Shown: positions 14,210 to 26,667, counted from the stretch's first letter. The stretch is DNA of 64,000 nucleotides from Octopus vulgaris (GCA_951406725.2 OX597817.1:51088001-51152000), one strand, 5' to 3'. Notes: generated by a model not told the origin, from the sequence alone. Made by a program: numbers and translations.

Positions 14210-14590
14210 CTTTTTCTTTTACTTGTTTCAGTAACTAGGACGTGGCCAGGCTGGGGCACCGCCTAGAATGACTTTTAGTGGAATGTATCGACCCCAGTAT
14301 TTACTTTTGTAAAGCCGCGTACTTATTTCATCGGTTCTTTCGCAGAAACACAAAGGTACAAGGACGTAAACACCCCAGAACCGGGTGTCAGGCGGTGGCG
14401 GAGGACAAATAGAGACACAAAAACACACAAATATGTATATGTATGTATGTATACGTATATACAGTAGGCCTTTATTAGTTTTTTCTACTCATTCCACTTA
14501 CAAGGCTTTGCCCACGGTGCATTTCATTGGGACAGAACCTGGAACCATGTGGTTGGGAAACAAGCTTTTTACCACACAGCCACTCTACCT
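14210..14590 (-). mobile_element. SINE family B, diverged
   Basis: Tail, body and head all recognisable. Confidence 0.7.
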
Positions 14591-15189
14591 ACAGCCATAG
14601 TCTACAGCAGGATGAAAAAGTGAACCAGAGAAAGGAAACTGCGGGCTGGACATAGACATAATGTTATATGAAATGAAAACGATGATTAATGGGGGAAACA
14701 ACGATGTGGTTGGGAAGCAAGCTTCTTACCACACAGCAATTTCTACGCCTAAACTGAAGCAATGGCGAAGACAACAATTGCAGGATTTGCACCTGAGACA
14801 GCAAAAATGCCAGATCGCTTTTTATTCCGTCGCTCTAACGATTTCGCTAGGTCGCCAACCAATAAGCGAGTAAAACCCTTGTATTAAGTTCGGCCAGTGT
14901 TATCGGTTACCTGATGTCATCATATAGCGGAAAAGCTTTTGTTACAGGTTATACATCAGGAGTTGCATAGTATCTGTAGAGTTTATATAAATGGATGAAT
15001 GATAGAACACGTTCTTTGTTTTAAATCACTACGATCGTTTCGGCATATATTTACAGTCGTAGTACATTAATGAGATGTTGTGTAATCGTTAACATTTATC
15101 TAATGTGTAAACTGCGCCTAGGAGCTTGTGAAGGACTTATATAATGTTTAAATAAATCTTTAAGCTTATTTAAACATTATATGTATGAC

Positions 15190-15244
15190 CGGAGCATGGC
15201 CACAGCTCGTGAGCTGAAACAAGATAAAATAAAATAAATAAAAT

Positions 15245-15250
<6 letters not shown>
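15190..15250 (+). mobile_element. CR1 extreme 3'-end fragment
   Basis: agcatggccacagctcgtgagctgaaac plus (aaaat)n, matching 36817-36845. Confidence 0.65.
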
Positions 15251-15309
<59 letters not shown>

Positions 15310-15411
15310 TATTCAAAAAAGTAAAACATAATATCATGAATAGCGATAGGGAAACCGGTCGATATATTAAAAATTATATTAAAACTATGTAAGTGTGCGT
15401 ATTTTCCTTTT

Positions 15412-15460
<49 letters not shown>

Positions 15461-15947
15461 CAACCAAGCAGTGTTTAGGCTTCAGCAAAGTTTAAGTAAG
15501 TTAAATCATATTTGTGACGTATTACAACTGCTAAAAGCAAAATTCTCTGCAGTTACCGTGAAAATACCTTGGAGATAATTTTTTTGTCTCCCCGGTCGCA
15601 GTAGTGAATTTTCCTTTTGCAGTTGAAATATGCTACAAACATAATTTTAACTAATCTTTGCTTTTATATACGTATATATATATCTATATGTATGTAAGTA
15701 TGTATATATGTATATCAAACAGGTACGTGTACGTTTGTGAGTATGTGTTTAATATACAGAATTTAAAACTTGAATTATTAACAAATCGTTACACTCAATA
15801 GTGGTAAGTAGACCAAATTTATATATGTAAATTTTGTATACAGAAAAAAGCTTTGGAGCACACATTTCATGAAGAGTAGCATCATTATTACTATGGTAAA
15901 TATATATGTGTGTGTGTGTTGCTGCTCATGTGTGTTTGTGTGTATGA

Positions 15948-15980
<33 letters not shown>

Positions 15981-16100
15981 AATGTGTGTGTGTTCGCGCG
16001 CGCTCGTGTGTATACTTATATATACATGTAGAGATAGATATAATTACACATGTACATAAATACATACATGCACACTAACAGGCACACACACACTTAGATG

Positions 16101-16133
<33 letters not shown>

Positions 16134-16154
16134 ATACTTCACATATTCTTGAAG

Positions 16155-16195
<41 letters not shown>

Positions 16196-17614
16196 TAAAT
16201 TGGGTGTACAGAGCATCAATATTCGATAAAATCTTCACTCAAGTAGAAAAGCAAGCACTACAACTGAGGTCACAATATGTGCAGTATAAAAGTACTTTTC
16301 TGAGAGTTTGTATGTTTAGTAATTTTTCTCGAACATTCTATTAAGATTCAACTGAATGAACGGAATAATATTACACATTTATTCATGAGTTTTCGAAAAA
16401 GTTATTCAACAAAATCACTGTAGTATGATCCATATTAGATTTTATAATATTAGATTTTATAATATTAGATTCATCTAAATTTTTAAATTCAGATCCAAAT
16501 TTAGAATATTTGAAATCGATTTTAAAGAAAAAAAGCAGGATTTTCAGTAATAATGGAAATAATGTTTTGTTTTGCATTTTTGATAGAAAGATCATGACAA
16601 CAGGTTTAATTATCATTCCATTCCATTGATACAAAATAAGACTTCTCTATCGTTTCATGAACCTTTAAGAAGGCCGGGATTAGGGACGAAAGGGCTATGA
16701 ATAGATTGTAAGCATGTTCCGAAACAACTATAGTGATTTTAAATAAAATATACAAGAGAACGTTGTTTGTTACATTTTCTTCCATTTATCTATTTATGTA
16801 AAATCTACAAATACTATGGAATTGCTGATATTTATCCAGTAGCAAGAGCATTTCTGTATTAAACAAACTATTGAATAGTCCTTTAGTAAAAGAAAGAAGC
16901 GGTATTGAACCAGCGCGTGCGTTTAAATTCTTATTGGCATAATGACCCTACCTAGGCACAACAAAATATCTTGGCTGATTGTCACTGAAGGCATCCGATG
17001 TAGAAAGGGTCATTGATCGACTGTTACAGTTTCATCAAATATAGAAAAGAATGGAAAACAAACATTGTTTTTTCGCATATACTTTAACGTCGACATAGAA
17101 AATATTTTGGTATTGCTTTTAAGAAACCATTAACAAGTGATAAATATTTTTCAGTCCTTATGTTTTGCAATGATTGTTTATAATTATGCCGAAACACAAT
17201 AATAAGGATTAATTCTCTGTAACAGAATCCTGGCGTACAAGAGAAGCTTGACTTTTAATCTTCATATTTTGTAATCATTGTTTACTAGCATTAAGAATCT
17301 CAATCGAATTTATTAATTCTATGTAATAAAGTATCTTAAGTGGTTTTTATTTGGAAGAAAGATGTATTCTTCATCTTCATCTCTGTTTTATATGTTATTG
17401 CCAAGTATTTAAAATATACACTAAAGAATGAATCGATATTATTGGCCTTGTAAAGGATTTGATTCTTATTAAATAAGAAAGAGTTTTCTGTAGAAATATC
17501 TAAAATATGTTGTTTTAATGATTAAGAATTCTGAACTGAGATAGAGGATATAAATTTTGCCAAATGAGAGGGGATGGAGATTTTATTATACATGTTTAGA
17601 ATTGTTTCATCATT

Positions 17615-18525
17615 TAATTGTATGACTCATTGGACTGCGGCCATGCTGGGGCACGGATTTGAAGAGGTTAAGTCGAATAGATCGAAATCAGTACTTATTT
17701 TTATTATTTGTGGTACGGTTTCCATTTCTTTTTATTTTACTCTTTGTGTTTATTAATTCATTTGTATTTTTTTTCTCAAGCCCTAAGACATATACAAACT
17801 GATATGTATTACAAAGCGTGGCGAAGCAAACAGAAGCACTAAGACACCTACTCTCACACACGTGATCGCGCACATGCTCACCCCCACGCACGCTCACACA
17901 CACATGTATATACGTGGGGCTTCTTCCAGTTTTCAACAACAAAATCCACTCACAATGCTTTGTTCGGCCCGGCGGCGAATTTTTCTGGACCCCAGTTATA
18001 GACTCATTTGCTTACAGCCAATCAGAGCAGAGCCATCTTTATTCTTTCTTCATTTCTAGTCAGCACCGTGCATTCCTTACTCTTTCTCTCCCTACTGGCA
18101 TACAGTAACTTGTCCGTCCTCTACCTATCGGAGAACGAATAAATATATCTAAATAATATTTCTCCGTTCTTGGTGTTGATCCTTGCATGATTAGCTAGTT
18201 ACTCCGACACTGGCACAATAAATATACTTGCCCAAACAGAATTGCTGGAGTTATTTAATTTTTTCCCAGAAACTGTACAATTAGAGAAATAGTACTTGTA
18301 GTGGTAGCGAAATTTGTTTTCGATATTGAATAAAAGGTTGTTGTCTGCCTGTAGAGAGGGAAAGAGTAGGGAATGCACGGTGCTAACAAGAAAGGAAGAA
18401 AGGATAAAGGCGGTTCTGTTCTGATTCACTGTATGCAAATGAGTTCATTACTGGAGTCCGGAACTCTCGTTGGAAAAAAAACTTCGCGGCCCGGCGCTGT
18501 AGTAGAAGACAGTTGATCAAGTTGT
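17615..18525 (-). mobile_element. SINE family B interrupted by a MITE
   Basis: Tail at 17615-17660; the consensus ggtcggcccg.ggctatagtagaagac is split at 17966/18497. Confidence 0.65.
17975..18487. mobile_element. Non-autonomous Mutator-like DNA transposon (MITE) with ~165-bp TIRs and 9-bp TSD
   Basis: TSD GGCCCGGCG at 17966-17974 and 18488-18496; ends GCGAAtTTTT / AAAAcTTCGC; long imperfect inverted arms (e.g. cagcaccgtgcattcc / ggaatgcacggtgct). Confidence 0.75.
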
Positions 18526-19085
18526 AAGAATCATGTTCTCCTTTGTTTAGTGAACAAAGAATCGAGATCCTACACTTGTAAAAAAAATATTTCTCGCTCT
18601 TCCGAACTTTCTAAATTCTAATGACGTCAAAAATATAAAATTATTCATAATGATTATAAAGTTTCTAAATGAGTAGAAAAATTCGAAAGATTGCTTTGGT
18701 CCAATGCTAGGATTTCTGTCATATTTATACCAAATATTTACACGCTATAATTCATAGGTTCATCTGGTTGACGTTTCACCAATCCCAAAGAAAATTTTAA
18801 AAAAACCCAAAGCAAAAAAGAAAAATAATTATTTCACCAAACTTCTAAATTTGTATGATATCAACAACGTTATATTGAGCCAATGGGGCTCTGATTAACG
18901 AGAACTATGTTGGACAAATAGTCAAGTGTATCTAGGGGTGGAATTTGAACACGGTGAGACTTGGTGTATATATATATATATCAATAATAACAAAGGGTAA
19001 AATTAATTAATTAACAAGTAATCAATAATTTCACCAAGTAGAATTCGGTATGAAAAAGGACCATTTCAACGGTAAACTTAAGTAA

Positions 19086-19332
19086 TAATAATAAAAGAGT
19101 TCAGCAAAGATTTGCTTCACCACACACCGAAGTTTAGAAATAGCAGCCAAAAATCTTAGCTATTTCTTCTACTTCAAAAAGGGGTCTCCTAGAGAAACCA
19201 GAATACCAAATTCATGTATTTTGGTTTCTCTGGGAGACCCCTTTTAAAGTAGAAGAAATAGCTAAGATTTTGGGCTGCTATTTCTAAACTTCGGTGTGTG
19301 GTGAAGCAAATCTTTGCTGAACCCTTTTATTA

Positions 19333-19335
<3 letters not shown>
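19086..19335. repeat. Near-perfect ~120-bp inverted repeat (hairpin), 9-nt spacer
   Basis: Arms 19086-19206 and 19216-19335 are reverse complements with about half a dozen differences. Confidence 0.9.
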
Positions 19336-19386
<51 letters not shown>

Positions 19387-20029
19387 GAGTGTGTATATGG
19401 ATATATAAAGACAGGGAGACGGAGAGAGCGAGAGTAAAGTGGGAAAATATTTCGGATATACAAAAAATCGGGTTGCACTCATATATACAGTCATGTACAA
19501 ATATGCTTAGCCACACATGCACGCATGCACATTCATACGCCAGCCATTATTATCAGCTTAAAGTACATATAACAGACATGAACTTGACCTCAGTAAACTC
19601 CTTATTAAATAAATCCATCGAACAAATATATTGTAGAAATCAAGTGGCTTTGGGGTCAATAAATAATTAAATCAGTCAAAATATATTTAATCCGTAAATA
19701 TGCTTCAATATACTTGTAATCAACTTCGCATCCTCCTCGACGCGGTAGCAATTATATTCAACAAGTAATATTGGAGAATAGGAGGAGAAAGCTTTTGTAA
19801 ATAACAGACAATACGCCTAATCGTTATGTTTTGAATAATTTCACACAGCGTAAAAGGTTATTCGATATTAGGGAATGTTCTCTAAGTTCAAAATTATTAA
19901 GAACCAGCATCAAGTTGCTGATAACAAATGCAGCACGTATATCTTTGTGCATCAGTAGATATCGCTTTATTTCATTTTTATTGTTTAACTCTTACTTGTA
20001 CATTATCTGTATATATAAAAGGCAGGATA

Positions 20030-20062
<33 letters not shown>

Positions 20063-20418
20063 ACGTGAATATAATTTATGCATGTCCGCAAATTAGCACG
20101 CATGTCGCTCCAATTTTAGGAGAACATTCGTCATGAACCCTAGCTGTATTTTCGTCAACTTATTTTTTCCAGAGGCAGAAGCGAATAGCAGTAAAAATAA
20201 ATTTTCAACCAAAACTTTTAACAATTTTCAAGCCGGAGAAATCACTAATTTTTGCAAACAGGAGTTAAGTCCCCTTCTAGCGACGAAAAGATTTTGTTAA
20301 GACTTTTGTTGGGTTTTTTTTTACATCCAGGAAAAAAGTGTTTTATTAATATACGGGTAACACACACACACACACACACAGACATTTTGCCGCTTATATA
20401 TATATAGAGAGAGATTAA

Positions 20419-20654
20419 AGGTGGCGAGCTGGCAAAAAGGTTAGCACGCCGGGCGAAATGCGTAGCCGTATTTCGTCTGCCGTTACGTTCTGAGTTCAAA
20501 TTCCGATGAGCTCGACTTTGCCTTTCATCCTTTCGGGGTCGATTAAATAAGTACCAGTTACGCACTGGGGTCGATGTAATCGACTTAACCCGTTTGCCTG
20601 TCCTCGTTTGTCCCTTGTGTGTTTAGCCCTTTGTGGGTAGTAAAGAAGTAGGTA
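20419..20654 (+). mobile_element. SINE family A, tail type 1, full length
   Basis: Matches 8348-8593; flanked by similar tatatagagatta sequences (probable TSD). Confidence 0.85.
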
Positions 20655-21149
20655 TATATAGAGATTACACATACGAAACGATTCGGTAATTTACTGTAAA
20701 CATGAATATGAATAGGCCTTCAAAAACTAATTGAATATACACCTGAACAGACATAAACTCTCTCTCTATCATTTTAATCGTAAGGACTGTGAAAATATTG
20801 AGTTGAACCGAATCATACACACATGGGATGTAGTACCATGAAGCAAGTAATAATCGATATATCTTTTCATGTTTTCAATCCGAGGCTGTTATATTAATAT
20901 CTATATGTATATAAATATTCTTTATGAGTGATCTTGTTAATACCTTAAATTTATTAAGTAAACATATGTATGTTCTAACATGAACGGCTTGACTAAATTC
21001 TGTTATATTCCACTTAAGATCCAGGCCATGCTGGACTAATATTCCCGCAAGTTTTCTCTTGCTACTAACAGTAGAATGATTTGATTTTTATCTGTGTTTC
21101 ACTTTATTATTACTTTCTTATCTATCTCTTTTTCTGATTTCATTCATTG

Positions 21150-21525
21150 GAGGCTTTAGTCGAACAAATCAATTCCGGTGCTTATAACCTTGATGCGTCT
21201 GTACGAACCGCTAGGTCATGAAAGCGTAAACAAAGACCAGATATCAAAAGGTGACATGTGACAAGGTACTAACACACACACACACGCATACACAATTACA
21301 TATATATATGTGTGTATGTATGTATGTGTGTGTACAAATACGCACACGTATACACACACAGAGTAGGTTGCCACGTAGTTTCCATCCGTCAAATTCACTC
21401 AGAATTTACTGGCCGGCGCGAGCTATAGTAACAGACACTTGCATAAGGTGCCGCGCAGTGGGACTGAACCCGAAGGTGCGTGGTTGCAATATGAGCTTCT
21501 TCACCACCCAACTATGCTTGCGACT
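21150..21525 (-). mobile_element. SINE family B, diverged
   Basis: gctatagtaacagacacttgc.taaggtgccgcgcagtgggactgaacc. Confidence 0.7.
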
Positions 21526-21991
21526 ATTTATGCTAATTTATCAAAATTGATACCATATCGCCTACCAACTAATATAGTGCATGTATAGTACCGTTATGAT
21601 GTTTGCGTGTGTTGTATAATTGTATCCGGTAAGTGGATATCGCAATTCAATCCTTGTAGCCTTGCTAGATGTATGCATAACTCAAATTGTATTGATAAAG
21701 CTTCCCAGTTTGTGAATCACCTCTTTACCGATATATAAGTCCCGTGTTTATTTGTATATGTCCTTTAATTGGATAGTTATATGTTTTATACACTAGGCAT
21801 CATAAGGTATCATATTTTACGCGTGGAATTGTTAGTAATGAATGAATGGATTATATTTTTTGCCTATGCTTGTCAGAAGGTGAAGCTACCTATATACGTG
21901 GTTATGAAAATGTATATGGGTGTAGATATGCGGTAGTGTGTATGTATATGCGTGCCTCTGCTTAAATATATACGTATTTGTATATACGGGG

Positions 21992-22300
21992 AAGGTGTGT
22001 GTCTTACTGGTTAGGGGCATGCGGCACACGATCGTAAGATATCAAGCAGCGCGTTGAGTCTTTGATATAGGCATTTCATTTCATGTTGCTCCAGTCTTGC
22101 TCCAGTCCAACCATCTGACAAGAATGAATAATCCTTCTTTTTCAAAGGGCCAGTCTTTTGACATTCTGTATCACGCCGAATATTCTTCAGAACTACGTTA
22201 AGTGTTCACGTGTCTGCGGAGAACTCTTGCACATTAATTTCACGAGTAGGCTATCCCCTTGGTCGGATCAACTGGAACACTCGTTGTTGTAAATGAAGGA
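21992..22300 (+). mobile_element. SINE family D, diverged
   Basis: gttgctccagtc...agaactacgttaag.gt.cacgtgtctg matches 9201-9500. Confidence 0.75.
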
Positions 22301-22362
22301 GCGGCTGTTAAACAACTGTGTATGCGTATGCACGTTCGTGCTCGTGTGTGTACGTTGTGTGC

Positions 22363-22760
22363 CTCCTCCTCTATCCGCTCAGTCGAATTCGACTCTCGGT
22401 TACTCGATGGATCAGTGTCCTTCAGCCAGTTCTATTCTGGGCCGCTTCTTTCAGACTGGCTATGTCCGTTCCCGCATCACACTTGATGGTGTCAAGCCAG
22501 CGGGGTCTTGGTCGGCCTCTTCCTCTCTTGCCACTGACCATTCCGAGCATGATGTCCTTCTCCAGGGATTTTCTCCGCATAATATGACCAAAATATGTCA
22601 ATTTATGCTTGGTGATCCTAGCTTCTATCGACAGTTTCGGCTTGATCTGGTTAAGAACTTCTCCATTGGTGAGCCTCGCTGTCCATGGAATCTGTAAAAG
22701 TCTTCTCCAACACCAAAGCTCGAATGCATTAATTCTCTAATCCTACGCTGCCCTACTTTA
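22363..22760 (-). mobile_element. RTE-clade (BovB-like) LINE 3' fragment
   Basis: Manual translation RINAFELWCWRRLLQIPWTARLTN...LTYFGHIMRRKSLEKDIMLGMVSGKRGRGRPRPRWLDTIK...IHRVTESRIRLSG*, with one internal TGA and a (gag)n tail. Confidence 0.9.
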
Positions 22761-23229
22761 AGATGTATGGGATTATCAAATACTTTCCTTTTGTTTTTTC
22801 TGTATTTTTTTCTTTTTATGTGAATCCTTTCCAATGTTATTGGAATTAACACGAAAAATATTTTTATCGATGTTATTCATTTATTGATTTGCTCTCTTTT
22901 CTCAGTCTACAAAATTTAGTTATCGTTTTTGAAATTTAAATATATACTGAGTATCAAAGAACCAAATAGCCTTTATCTGATTAACCGACATTTATGTTAT
23001 ATAAATCAGTTTCACATTATAAATTCTGAACTTTCAGATCATAGTGTTTTAAGTTGACAATAATTTCTCACAGTTCATTTCACTACTTCAATTGGGTTAT
23101 GATTTACGAAACGTAGACCTGAGCGATAATGCGTTTAATGTTTTAGTGCTTTTAATGTACTTGGGATTTGCTAGTATGAAAATGGATGTACTTCGTTGTA
23201 TCCGTTTGAGTGTATGTTTATTATGTATG

Positions 23230-23263
<34 letters not shown>

Positions 23264-23734
23264 TGTATGTATGTATGTATGTATGTATGCATGTATGCAT
23301 GTATGAATGTATGTATGTATATAATCTTGATGTGAATTCGTGACTTGAAACAAATTATGTTGTGTCTTAATGGAGTAATTTTTTCCAATAATAATAGTTC
23401 AATTCCACTTCTTTATCGTTAAGCAATTGCTTAAATATCCGCCAAACTAACTCAGCGATAACTTGCCAAATATGTTGACTACAAAATCAATAGGTTGTTT
23501 GTTAGTAAAAGTTCATTCGTCCCCATCCGCGACCTTATATGTATATATATATATACACGACAGGCTTCTTTGATTGACAGAGCGCTGTTTCACATCCACA
23601 GTAAGTAGGCCTGTGAAAATTAGGGCTCATGCAATTTCCTATTTGAAACACGCTCGTTTCTAATCCGATGTTTTCTAGTGATATTGTTTTCTAGAGATTG
23701 ACACTGTCGCTGCCGCCATAATCACCATTAATTT

Positions 23735-24275
23735 ATGATGATGATGATGAGGAGGAGGAGGATGATGATCTACCACAGCGACCACAAACAAAACACCACT
23801 AGCATCATGCATCATTATCATCAACACCGCCATCATCCTCACCATCATTATGCTTCTTCATTATCCGTCGTCGTCATCATCATTACATTCACCACCACCA
23901 TCACCACCACCAACAATGACAACCATCATCATCATCATCATAATTATCCTCATCATCATCATTGTCATCATCCTCATTATCGTCATCATCATCTTCATCA
24001 TAGTCATCATCCTCACTATCGTCATCGTCATCGTCATCATTGTCATCATCCTCATTATCTTCATCATCATCGTCATCATTGTCATCATCCTCATTATCGT
24101 CATCATCATCGTCATCATTGTCATCATCCTCATTATCGTCATCGTCATCATTGTCATCATCCTCATTATCGTCATCATCATCAGCGTCATTGCCATCGAC
24201 TTCGTCATTGTTACCTCAACAAATACGTCTTCGCCCACCGCCACAATCGTCGTTGCTGTTACCACCATTACCGTT
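23735..24275. repeat. (CAT)n-derived compound trinucleotide repeat with a higher-order unit
   Basis: Recurrent catcattgtcatcatcctcattatcgtcatc units. Confidence 0.9.
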
Positions 24276-24322
24276 GATAAAATTGTTATTTCTTTTTAAT
24301 TGAATTATGATTTAAATAAAAT

Positions 24323-24348
24323 CTAATCGGTCTTTTCTATATTTTCAG
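24323..24348 (+). promoter_or_regulatory. Putative branch point and 3' splice acceptor opening the GPCR exon (exon from 24349)
   Basis: CTAAT at 24323, pyrimidine tract tcttttctatattttCAG, then ~970 nt of repeat-free sequence up to the GPCR ATG. Confidence 0.55.
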
Positions 24349-25320
24349 CTGCTCTGGTAATCGAATTATTGCTGCATTGTCAAAAGAATAATCCGGAGAG
24401 AAATCCACACAGTCTGTATTAACTGCATAAGGATAATCGAAAACTGTATTATCAACATGGAAAAAGAAAATGTTTGTTCTCATCAACTATTCATAGTTTT
24501 TCGTCAAAATGCATGGAATGGAGACATATCTAACAAAAACATTTGGAATTCATTCAACAATGCACAGCCTCAAGACATTCTTAGTCGCTGTCTCTAAATC
24601 TATTCGCCAGCTTTCTATTATTGACGCTTTCGAAAATATTTCATAACTCGGAAAATTATGTAACAAAAATAAATACGTGTAACAATATAAATAAGACCCA
24701 TTCAAATCACACTTATATATAGATATAAATATATCTAAACAGGATTCATAGTCATTGATGCAGGCGTTTGTATACACGATGTCTGAAGAACACAGCATGA
24801 TCATTGAAACTTTAGCGACAATAGACTAATTGAAATCACGCAGAACTTGTGAAAAGAATAAATAGATGTTCGTTGCGTCACTTTAGAAAACGCACGTCGT
24901 CCCCAACTTGTTCCAACTAAACAATATTAATATTATTAACTACATGCCGCTGTTATTTAATTTGCCTCCACTGAAACATGTTTCTATACATAACTCTTGA
25001 TTTGACGAAAGATTTGGCTTCTTTAAATGCCGTAGTTTATTAACAGCTCTTTTACACATTCCTATTGCTTTGGTCCTGATTTAGTTCACACACTGACTAT
25101 CATATATGAGAAACTTCTTTCGAAAGTCTCTTATTCACAAAGGAATTTGATCACCGATTGGTAAAGTCTGCTATGCTTCTATTTATCATGTCATGGCAAA
25201 CTTGATGGTACAAATCATCGAGGGATAGTTTGCAGATTTGGATATTTACATAACTATGAAAGAATAGAATAATGTCCCATTTTTAAGTAATGATTTGTGT
25301 TATCATAAATATCTGTTAAA

Positions 25321-26667
25321 ATGATTACAAGCAACTCGACCATCGATTCTTTGATTTACGACGTCACAAGTATCAAAGCCGGCTACAATGTCCTCATCCA
25401 GTCAACTCTGGAAACATTGGTTCAGACCAGTGAAGAAAGTTCTGATACTTATAACAACATGGAAGCACTTCGTATGACACGCTTTATCGTTCAAAAGATA
25501 TGTGTGCCCATTGTTATATTCTTTGGTGTGGTAAGCAATATATTGAACATCATTGTGCTCACTCACAAGTCCATGAATACATCGACTAATGTCTATCTAA
25601 CGGTTTTGGCGGTCTTTGACACGCTCTATCTTATATTCGGTTTCACGTTGAGTTTGAAACATTTTTCTCAGGTCAGCTCTGTAGAAGCATACATCTACTG
25701 GGTTCCCTATGCACATGTTCTCACAGACATGTGCAGTAATGTGGGTGTATGGCAAACCATCACATTCACGGTTGAGCGTTACATCGGTGTCTGTCACCCG
25801 ATCCGTGGACACGTAATTTGTACTCCGCAGCGTGCGCGTATAATTACGGCCATAGTTTCATCCATCGCCATTGCCGTAACTGTCCCTGAGTTTTTTGAAC
25901 GCCAAACAGTGGAAAGACTTGATTCAAATAATCAAACAATACTAAGAAATGAATGGACAGAATTTGCAGAAACATACGCCTACGACAAAGGTTATAATTG
26001 GTTCATAGTTACCTCTTTCACCTTTCTTCCTCTCATATCTCTTGTGTTTTTCAACGGGCTCCTCATAAGGGCCGTTGTCAAAGCCAATAAAATACGCCGC
26101 TTTATGTCAAAGGCGCCATTGCGAAAATCGTCGGAGAAGAGCGGCAGCGAGCAACAGAAAATCACTTTGATGTTAATAAGCGTTGCTTTAGTCTTCCTTA
26201 TATGTCAGTTTCCGGGAGCATTACTACTGCTTTACTCAAGAAGCATAGCTCCTGGTAGAAGAGGAAATGATATAAAAATCGCCGCTAATATCACAAATCT
26301 GCTAGTCCAGATAAATTCTTCGGTAAATTTCATTCTTTATTCTTTAATCAGCACGAAATTCCGACGAACTTTTGCTTTAGTGTTCTGCTGTCGCAAAAGA
26401 GCGATATCACGCCACACGAATTTTAATCAAACAGAAATCTCTAACATTTATCGAGCTACACCGAGAACATCAGTGGGCGTCACGTGGTGTCCGACTCGAT
26501 CAAACGTCGCACCACAAGCGAGTCGAAGTACAGTCAGGACTTTTCCTTTTAAACCTATAGAAAATGGGAGTCCCAAAAAAATGAAAGACTATGTAAATTT
26601 GGAAGAATACTCTCCTTTCGAAATTTCACCAAATAATTCTCCGGACGAAAAAGACAGTGTCTTATAA
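25321..26667 (+). CDS. Class A (rhodopsin-like) peptide GPCR, FMRFamide/myosuppressin/sex-peptide receptor-like, intronless CDS
   Basis: 448-aa non-repetitive ORF with seven hydrophobic segments. Motifs: TM2 YLTVLAVFD, TM3 TVERYIGVCHP (ERY), TM5 LPLISLVFFNGLLI, TM6 FLICQFP, TM7 INSSVNFILY, helix 8 KFRRTF followed by CC, and an N-terminal NST sequon. The ligand cannot be determined from sequence. Confidence 0.95.
   Translation: MITSNSTIDSLIYDVTSIKAGYNVLIQSTLETLVQTSEESSDTYNNMEALRMTRFIVQKICVPIVIFFGVVSNILNIIVLTHKSMNTSTNVYLTVLAVFDTLYLIFGFTLSLKHFSQVSSVEAYIYWVPYAHVLTDMCSNVGVWQTITFTVERYIGVCHPIRGHVICTPQRARIITAIVSSIAIAVTVPEFFERQTVERLDSNNQTILRNEWTEFAETYAYDKGYNWFIVTSFTFLPLISLVFFNGLLIRAVVKANKIRRFMSKAPLRKSSEKSGSEQQKITLMLISVALVFLICQFPGALLLLYSRSIAPGRRGNDIKIAANITNLLVQINSSVNFILYSLISTKFRRTFALVFCCRKRAISRHTNFNQTEISNIYRATPRTSVGVTWCPTRSNVAPQASRSTVRTFPFKPIENGSPKKMKDYVNLEEYSPFEISPNNSPDEKDSVL

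Noticed and set aside
23735-24303. His-, Ile-, Met- and Ser-rich ORFs as genes
   Set aside because: Four frames are open because of a CAT repeat; there is no signal peptide or unique domain.
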